Shown in pieces: positions 19,161 through 24,000 of a stretch of DNA of 24,000 nucleotides (position 1 is the first letter of the stretch; each line of letters opens with the position of its first letter). Under the pieces are notes generated by a model. The model had not been told where the DNA came from and did no database searches. It saw nothing but the letters and a program-made list of their open reading frames with translations. The position numbers were made by a program, and so were the translations under genes. This DNA is from Luteimicrobium subarcticum. Its GTDB lineage: Bacteria > Actinomycetota > Actinomycetes > Actinomycetales > Cellulomonadaceae. The stretch is from assembly GCF_002798015.1 (NCBI RefSeq), contig NZ_PGTZ01000007.1:428222-452221 (forward strand), given 5' to 3'.

Positions 19161-21319
19161 CCGTGCACCAGGTGATCGGCGCCGACGGTGAGCCGCTGGA
19201 CCAGATCCGACTCGTCGGGCTGCGCGCCACCGGCTACCACGGCGTGCTGGCCCACGAACGCGTCGAGGGGCAGGAGTTCGTCGCGGACGTCGTCCTGCAC
19301 CTCGACACGCGTCAGGCCGCGGCCGGCGACGACCTCGAGGCCACCGTGGACTACGGCGTGCTCGCCGAGCAGGTCGTCGCGGTGCTCGAGGGCGACCCCG
19401 CGGACCTCGTCGAGACCGTGGCCGAGCGGGTCGCCGCGGTGGCCCTCGCGGCCCCGACGGCGTTCGCGGTCGACGTCACGCTCCACAAGCCGCAGGCGCC
19501 GGTGACCGTGCCGTTCGACGACGTCCAGGTCAGCGTGCACCGCAGCCGGACGCGTCCGCCCGTCCTCGAGCTGGTGCCGCCCGTCCCCGCTCAGCACGAG
19601 GACGTGCCGGGCGCCGCCGCTGCGATGCTCCCTGACCCCGCGGGGTCGCCGGACACCCCGTCGGCGGGCACTCCGTCGGTGGACACCCCGTCGGCGGGCA
19701 CTCCGTCGGTGGGTACCCCGGCGACGGGTACCACCTCGACCGAGGTCGCCTCAGCCGATCCCGGGGTGACGGACACCGCCGAGGCGTCCCCGGCGCACGT
19801 GCCGGCCGACGTGGCCGTCGTGGGTGTCGCCGGCCTCGCGGCGGGCGGCGCAGCCGTGGACGCCGAGCACCCCGCGGACCGCCCGGCCACCGCCCAGGAC
19901 GAGCTCTCGGACGACGAGCCGACCCAGATGTGGTCCGCCGCCGACTACGAGGAGCACGTCGGCGCGCCGCCGGCCCCGGCCCGCGAGCTCGACCGGATGG
20001 ACGAGGAGCCCGAGGAGCCCGTCGAGGTCGTCCTCGCCCTCGGCGCGAACGTCGGCGACACCCAGCAGACGCTGCGGGACGCCATCACGGCGCTCGACTC
20101 GATCGACGGTCTGCACGTCGTCGACGTGTCGCCCCTCGCGCGGACGGCGCCGGTCGGCGGCGTCGACCAGGACGACTTCCTCAACGCGGTGGTCGTCGCC
20201 TCGACCACGATGTCCGCACGCGAGCTGCTGCACACGTGCCACGACGTCGAGCACAGCTTCGGACGCGTGCGCGAGGAGCGGTGGGGCCCGCGGACCCTCG
20301 ACGTCGACATCGTCGTGTACGGCACGCTCACGGACGTCGCGACCGACCTCGAGCTGCCGCACCCGCGGGCGCACGAGCGGGCGTTCGTGCTCGAGCCCTG
20401 GTCGCAGGTGCAGCCCGACGCGGTCCTCCCGGGCCTCGGCGGCGGGCCGGTCGCGCAGCTCGCGGCGACGGCGCCCGACCGCACGGGCATCCGCTGGCTC
20501 GCGCTCGACTGGCTGGGCACCGAGGAGCCGTCCGCCGACAGCGCGTCCCCCGACGGCCCGTCACCGGACGAGGACGTCGCCTACGCCTACGACGACCTCG
20601 TCGCGCAGGATCCCGAGCCGTCCGGGGAGCCCGGCGGCCTCGCCGTGCCGTCCGTCGCGCCGGCCGCGGCCGACGATCCGTCGGCGCCGGAGGTCGCGTA
20701 CCCCGAGGACGGGTCCAGCACCGCGCAGGGTGCTCCCGATCCCGCGGACGACGTGGACGCGGTGCCGCAGCACGGCGCGGACACGGGCGACGAGCCCGGC
20801 CGACCGCACACGCCGGGCGTCCCGCCGGCGCCCCCGGCTTCCGAGGCGGCGCCTCAGGCCCAGGGTGGCGTGAGCCCGCAGGGGTTCGAGCAGGACCGCC
20901 ACGTCCTCGCCGCCGAGCCGTCGTTCGCCGAGCTGCTGGGTGCCCCCGAGGCCCCGTCGCGTCCTGCGTTCGCGCCCGTCGACCCGCTGCAGCACCACCA
21001 GCAGCAGGTGTCGCGGCGCTCCCTGTTCGCGCCGACGACGAGCGCGACCCCCGTCGCGCCCGCACCCGCACAGCCGTCCGCCGTCGCCCGGCCGCCCGTC
21101 CCTGCGGCGCCGGGCGCCGAGCGTCGGCAGGTGCCCGAGGAGCACTCCGCGCCGCCGGTCGCGCTCCCGCCGGTCGCGCTCCCGCCCGTGTCGTTCCCGC
21201 CCACCGCCCTGGCGCAGCCGCCGCAGGCCGGTGAGCCCGTCCAGATCGTCGGGGTGCCGGTCGAGTGGCGCCGCACGCCCGTCGCGGACGAGCACGGTGA
21301 GGGGGCGCCCGGAGCATGA
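19157..21319 (+). CDS. folB/folK: Fused dihydroneopterin aldolase (FolB) and 6-hydroxymethyl-dihydropterin pyrophosphokinase (FolK), with a long disordered linker and C-terminal tail
   Basis: A single uninterrupted 720-codon frame with high GC3 throughout. The FolB domain spans about 19160-19540 (IRLVGLRATGYHGVLAHERVEGQEF...VTLHKPQAPV). The FolK domain spans about 20021-20510 (VVLALGANVGD...RWGPRTLDVDIVVY...LELPHPRAHERAFVLEPW). There is no in-frame stop between the domains. The GTG start overlaps the folP stop. Confidence 0.85.
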   Translation: MTVHQVIGADGEPLDQIRLVGLRATGYHGVLAHERVEGQEFVADVVLHLDTRQAAAGDDLEATVDYGVLAEQVVAVLEGDPADLVETVAERVAAVALAAPTAFAVDVTLHKPQAPVTVPFDDVQVSVHRSRTRPPVLELVPPVPAQHEDVPGAAAAMLPDPAGSPDTPSAGTPSVDTPSAGTPSVGTPATGTTSTEVASADPGVTDTAEASPAHVPADVAVVGVAGLAAGGAAVDAEHPADRPATAQDELSDDEPTQMWSAADYEEHVGAPPAPARELDRMDEEPEEPVEVVLALGANVGDTQQTLRDAITALDSIDGLHVVDVSPLARTAPVGGVDQDDFLNAVVVASTTMSARELLHTCHDVEHSFGRVREERWGPRTLDVDIVVYGTLTDVATDLELPHPRAHERAFVLEPWSQVQPDAVLPGLGGGPVAQLAATAPDRTGIRWLALDWLGTEEPSADSASPDGPSPDEDVAYAYDDLVAQDPEPSGEPGGLAVPSVAPAAADDPSAPEVAYPEDGSSTAQGAPDPADDVDAVPQHGADTGDEPGRPHTPGVPPAPPASEAAPQAQGGVSPQGFEQDRHVLAAEPSFAELLGAPEAPSRPAFAPVDPLQHHQQQVSRRSLFAPTTSATPVAPAPAQPSAVARPPVPAAPGAERRQVPEEHSAPPVALPPVALPPVSFPPTALAQPPQAGEPVQIVGVPVEWRRTPVADEHGEGAPGA
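19651..19740 (+). repeat. 30-bp in-frame tandem repeat: two identical copies plus one degenerate copy, inside the FolB-FolK linker
   Basis: 19651-19680 and 19681-19710 are identical (ggacaccccgtcggcgggcactccgtcggt, encoding DTPSAGTPSV). 19711-19740 is a diverged third unit (GTPATGTTST). Confidence 0.9.
21152..21196 (+). repeat. 15-bp in-frame tandem repeat (PPVAL x2 plus PPVSF) in the FolB-FolK C-terminal tail
   Basis: ccgccggtcgcgctc occurs at 21152-21166 and again at 21167-21181. The unit at 21182-21196 (ccgcccgtgtcgttc) is degenerate. Confidence 0.85.
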
Positions 21320-21795
21320 GGCGCACGTCGGTCGGGGTCCTCGTGGTGCTGGCCGTCGTGGCCGCCCTCGTGGGCTGGGTCGTGGTCGGGGCGCTCGAGT
21401 CCCGGGGGACGTTCCTGCCCCGGGTGCCCTGGGTCGTCGACGTCGCGATCGTCCTCCTGGCCGGCGCGGTGTTCTGGGCCGGCTGGGGTGTACGGGCCTA
21501 CCAGAAGGGGGACCGTCCTCGGCTCGACGGCATCCGCGCCGCCCGCACGTTCGTGCTGGGCAAGGCAGCGGCCGTCACCGGGTCCGTCCTCGTCGGGTGG
21601 TACCTCGGCCAGGTGCTCCCGGCGCTCGGAGACCTCGACGTCGAGGCACGCCGCGAGAAGGCGATCGCGGCCGGCGTCGCAGCCCTCGCCGCTCTCGTGC
21701 TCGCCGTCGCCGGACACGTCGTGGAGCGCTTCTGCGAGCTTCCGCCCACGGACGGTGACGAGCGGGGCGGCGGCGGTGCGAGGATGAGCGCATGA
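21316..21795 (+). CDS. Small integral membrane protein, DUF3180-like (the conserved neighbour of folK in actinobacteria)
   Basis: 159 aa with about 4 predicted TM segments. ATGA overlap with the folB/folK stop. The family name is from memory of the conserved position downstream of folK (Rv3605c-like). Confidence 0.6.
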   Translation: MRRTSVGVLVVLAVVAALVGWVVVGALESRGTFLPRVPWVVDVAIVLLAGAVFWAGWGVRAYQKGDRPRLDGIRAARTFVLGKAAAVTGSVLVGWYLGQVLPALGDLDVEARREKAIAAGVAALAALVLAVAGHVVERFCELPPTDGDERGGGGARMSA

Positions 21796-22304
21796 CCGAC
21801 CGAGGGGGTGCCCGACAGGGCTCCGACGTGTTCGCTCCGCCCGGTGTGGAGTGGTCGCGGGTCTCCGACCGGTTGATCGTCGCCCGCTACGTCACCGCGG
21901 GCGTCCCGCTCGCGCTCCTCGTGGTCGTGGGCGTCGTCGTGGGTGTCCTCACGGGCTCGGCCTGGGCCTGGGCCGCGACCGCTGTCGTCGTGCTCGTCGC
22001 CGTCTGGGTCGCGTGGCTCGTGCCCCGTCAGGTCCGTGCGGTCGGGTACGCGGAGCGTGACGACGACCTGCTCATCCGGCACGGGATCCTGGTGCGCCGG
22101 CTCGTCGTCGTGCCCTACGGCCGGATGCAGTACCTCGACGTGCAGCGCGGACCGCTCCTGCGGGCCCTCGGGCTCGCGTCGCTCCAGCTCCACACGGCGT
22201 CTCCCGGCACGGACGCATCGATCGACGGGCTCACGGCGGACGTCGCCGAAGGCCTCCGGGACCACCTCGCCGCCCGCGGCGAGGCGCGGCTCGCGGGCCT
22301 GTGA
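21792..22304 (+). CDS. Membrane protein with one bacterial PH domain (bPH_2, YdbS-like)
   Basis: 170 aa. A TM hairpin is followed by the pattern Y...DDDLLIRHGILVRRLVVVPYGRMQYLDVQRGPLLRALGLASLQLHTA, which is typical of bPH_2/DUF304. ATGA overlap with the upstream gene. Confidence 0.7.
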   Translation: MTDRGGARQGSDVFAPPGVEWSRVSDRLIVARYVTAGVPLALLVVVGVVVGVLTGSAWAWAATAVVVLVAVWVAWLVPRQVRAVGYAERDDDLLIRHGILVRRLVVVPYGRMQYLDVQRGPLLRALGLASLQLHTASPGTDASIDGLTADVAEGLRDHLAARGEARLAGL

Positions 22305-23851
22305 CCGCGTCGTCCGGCGACGCCGCGGCCGACGAAGCCCTGGCGGGGGGCGCGACCGGGTTCGACTGGCGTCGCGTGCACCCCGTCACCCCGCTCGTGC
22401 GCGGGTGGGTCGTCGTCGTGGTCGTCGTCCTGGGGTTCGGCCGACAGGTCCTCGAGCAGGGTGCCGAGGAGCGCGACGCCGCGGTGAACCACCTCGGCTG
22501 GGTGGGGCTCGGCCTGCTCGCCCTCGCGGTCGTCGTGGTCGGACTGAGCTGGCTGTCGTGGCGGTTCACGGCCTTCGCGCTGACGGACGACGCCGTGCAC
22601 GTGCGCCGCGGCGTGATCTGGCGCCAGCACCGCAAGGCGCGCCTGGACCGGGTGCAGGCCATCGACGTCGAGCAGCCGTTCGTTGCGCGGCTCGTCGGTC
22701 TGGCCGAGCTGAAGATCGAGGTCGCGGGCGGGTCCGGTTCCGCGGTCACCATCGCGTACCTGCGCGAGGCGGACGCCCGCCTGCTGCGCGCCGAGGTGCT
22801 GGCGCGTGCCGCGGGCGTCGACGCCACCGTGGTCGCGGCCCCCCGCGTCGACGGCGCTGCCGCCCCCGTCGGCCCGGTCCCGGTCCGGTCCGACGGTCCG
22901 GCCCCGTCCGACGCCCCGGCCGCGGTGGTGCCCGGTCTGCTGCGGGTCCCCGCCCTCGAGGCACCCGAGCAGGAGGTCTACGAGGTCCCCTCGGGACGGC
23001 TCGTCGGGTCGACGCTGCTCACGGGGGAGGCGATCGCGCTCCTCGTGGTCCTCCTCGGGGTCGTCGGGCTGGGCGTCGCGACGCACTCCCTCGCGGCGGC
23101 GTTCACGATGATCTGGGTGGTCGTCGGCCTCGGGTCCGCGGTGTTCAACCGGTTCAACCGCGGCTTCGCGTTCCGTGCGGCGACGTCGCCCGACGGCATC
23201 CGGCTCGAGCACGGGCTCACCGAGTCGCGCGCCCAGACGATCCCGCCGGGCCGCGTCCAGGCCGTCGAGCTCCACCAGCCGCTCCTGTGGCGCCGCAACG
23301 ACTGGTGGGTCGTCCGGGTGAACGTGGCCGGGTACGGGAACAGCGCGGAGTCGAAGCCGTCGTCCACGGTGCTGCACCCCGTCGCGACACGTCACGAGGC
23401 GTTCACCGCCGTGTGGCTCGTGCTGCCGGACCTCGGCACCCCCGACCCGGTCGGCGTGCTGTCCGAGGGCCTCGGCGGGACCGGCCCCTCGGACGTGTAC
23501 ACGGCCGCGCCGCGGCGCGCCCGCTGGCTCGACCCCGTCGCGTGGCGCAGGACGGCGTTCACCGTGACGCACCGGGCGCTGGTCGCGCGCACCGGCCGGC
23601 TGCACCGGCGGCTCGTCCTCGTCCCGCACGGCCGCACCCAGTCCCTCGGGCTGCGGCAGGGTCCGGTCGGCCGACGGCTCGGGATCGCGACGTTCGTCGT
23701 GCACTCGACGCCCGGACCCGTCAGCCCCCAGATCCCGCACCTCGACGGGTCGGTGGCGCGCCGCCTCCTCGACGAGCAGGTCGTGCGCGCCCGCGAGGCC
23801 CGCGCGCACGACGTGCCCGAGCGGTGGATGCGCCCGGAGACGGCCCCGTGA
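22301..23851 (+). CDS. Membrane protein with three bacterial PH domains (YdbT-like)
   Basis: 516 aa. There are three repeats of the bPH_2 pattern (HVRRGVIWRQHRKARLDRVQAIDVEQPFVARLVGLAELKIE; LEHGLTESRAQTIPPGRVQAVELHQPLLWR; LVARTGRLHRRLVLVPHGRTQSLGLRQGPVGRRLGIATFVV), each preceded by TM segments. GTGA overlap with the upstream gene. Confidence 0.7.
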   Translation: MTASSGDAAADEALAGGATGFDWRRVHPVTPLVRGWVVVVVVVLGFGRQVLEQGAEERDAAVNHLGWVGLGLLALAVVVVGLSWLSWRFTAFALTDDAVHVRRGVIWRQHRKARLDRVQAIDVEQPFVARLVGLAELKIEVAGGSGSAVTIAYLREADARLLRAEVLARAAGVDATVVAAPRVDGAAAPVGPVPVRSDGPAPSDAPAAVVPGLLRVPALEAPEQEVYEVPSGRLVGSTLLTGEAIALLVVLLGVVGLGVATHSLAAAFTMIWVVVGLGSAVFNRFNRGFAFRAATSPDGIRLEHGLTESRAQTIPPGRVQAVELHQPLLWRRNDWWVVRVNVAGYGNSAESKPSSTVLHPVATRHEAFTAVWLVLPDLGTPDPVGVLSEGLGGTGPSDVYTAAPRRARWLDPVAWRRTAFTVTHRALVARTGRLHRRLVLVPHGRTQSLGLRQGPVGRRLGIATFVVHSTPGPVSPQIPHLDGSVARRLLDEQVVRAREARAHDVPERWMRPETAP

Positions 23852-24000
23852 GCGGCGCGCGCGGCGCGGCCCGGCTCGGCGTCGGGGTCGTCGGCGCGGG
23901 ACGTGTCGGCGCGGTGCTCGGGTCGGCGTTGCGGGCCGTGGGCCACGCCGTCGTCGGCGCGTCCGGCGTCTCCGCGGAGAGCCGTGAGCGGATCGACGCG
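23848..24000 (+). CDS. Rossmann-fold protein, probably a DUF2520-type oxidoreductase-like protein; N-terminal 51 codons only, truncated by the window end
   Basis: The GTG at 23848 overlaps the YdbT-like stop (GTGA). The translation is VSGARGAARLGVGVVGAGRVGAVLGSALRAVGHAVVG, a GxGxxG dinucleotide-binding start. The position (before panC in related genomes, from memory) fits DUF2520. Confidence 0.5.
   Translation, partial: MSGARGAARLGVGVVGAGRVGAVLGSALRAVGHAVVGASGVSAESRERIDA

Noticed and set aside
19541-20020. Treating folB and folK as two separate genes, with the linker as intergenic DNA.
   Set aside because: There is no in-frame stop anywhere between the two domains, and third-position GC stays high. 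A ribosome starting at folB must therefore read into folK, unless the sequence contains an error.
20328-21717. Antisense ORFs opposite the FolB-FolK tail and DUF3180 (20328..21326, 332 aa; 20854..21717, 287 aa) as possible hidden genes.
   Set aside because: They have extreme Arg/Pro/Ala composition typical of the reverse complement of a GC3-rich coding frame. They have no start-site context and no motifs.

Overview
High-GC (about 73-75% by eye) actinobacterial chromosome, probably Micrococcales/Cellulomonas-like, though this cannot be confirmed without a search. About 23 protein genes are supportable, and nearly all are core metabolism. In order they are: a sugar ABC permease tail and galT; a convergent MDR quinone oxidoreductase; a small lower-GC mazEF-type toxin-antitoxin insertion; a DinB/mycothiol-enzyme-like gene; and the metY-metX methionine operon. 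Next come a Xi-class GST (GS-hydroquinone reductase) and a lone PTS EIIBCA permease. The rest is the conserved actinobacterial block ppa / dacB / DUF2342 metalloprotease / tilS / hpt / ftsH / folE / folP / folB-folK / DUF3180 / YdbS-like / YdbT-like / DUF2520. From memory, this matches the M. tuberculosis Rv3628-Rv3603c order. I saw no rRNA, tRNA, CRISPR array, IS element or integrase. The points most worth a second look are listed here. (1) The 293-nt metY leader has a good promoter, a leaderless 7-codon Met/Cys-containing sORF and a 63-nt multi-helix hairpin that overlaps the sORF. (2) FolB and FolK are fused in a single 720-aa ORF with a disordered linker (containing a perfect 30-bp tandem repeat) and a roughly 270-aa Pro/Ala-rich tail. 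(3) Start/stop overlaps run almost unbroken from ftsH through the folate genes into three membrane proteins of unknown function (DUF3180 and two bacterial-PH-domain proteins) and DUF2520. (4) TANNNT hexamers sit 6-7 nt upstream of several start codons, which suggests leaderless mRNAs. (5) The mazEF island. I found no convincing new multi-gene defence or mobile system. The many very long Arg/Pro/Gly-rich ORFs in the track are off-frame artefacts of the high GC content.
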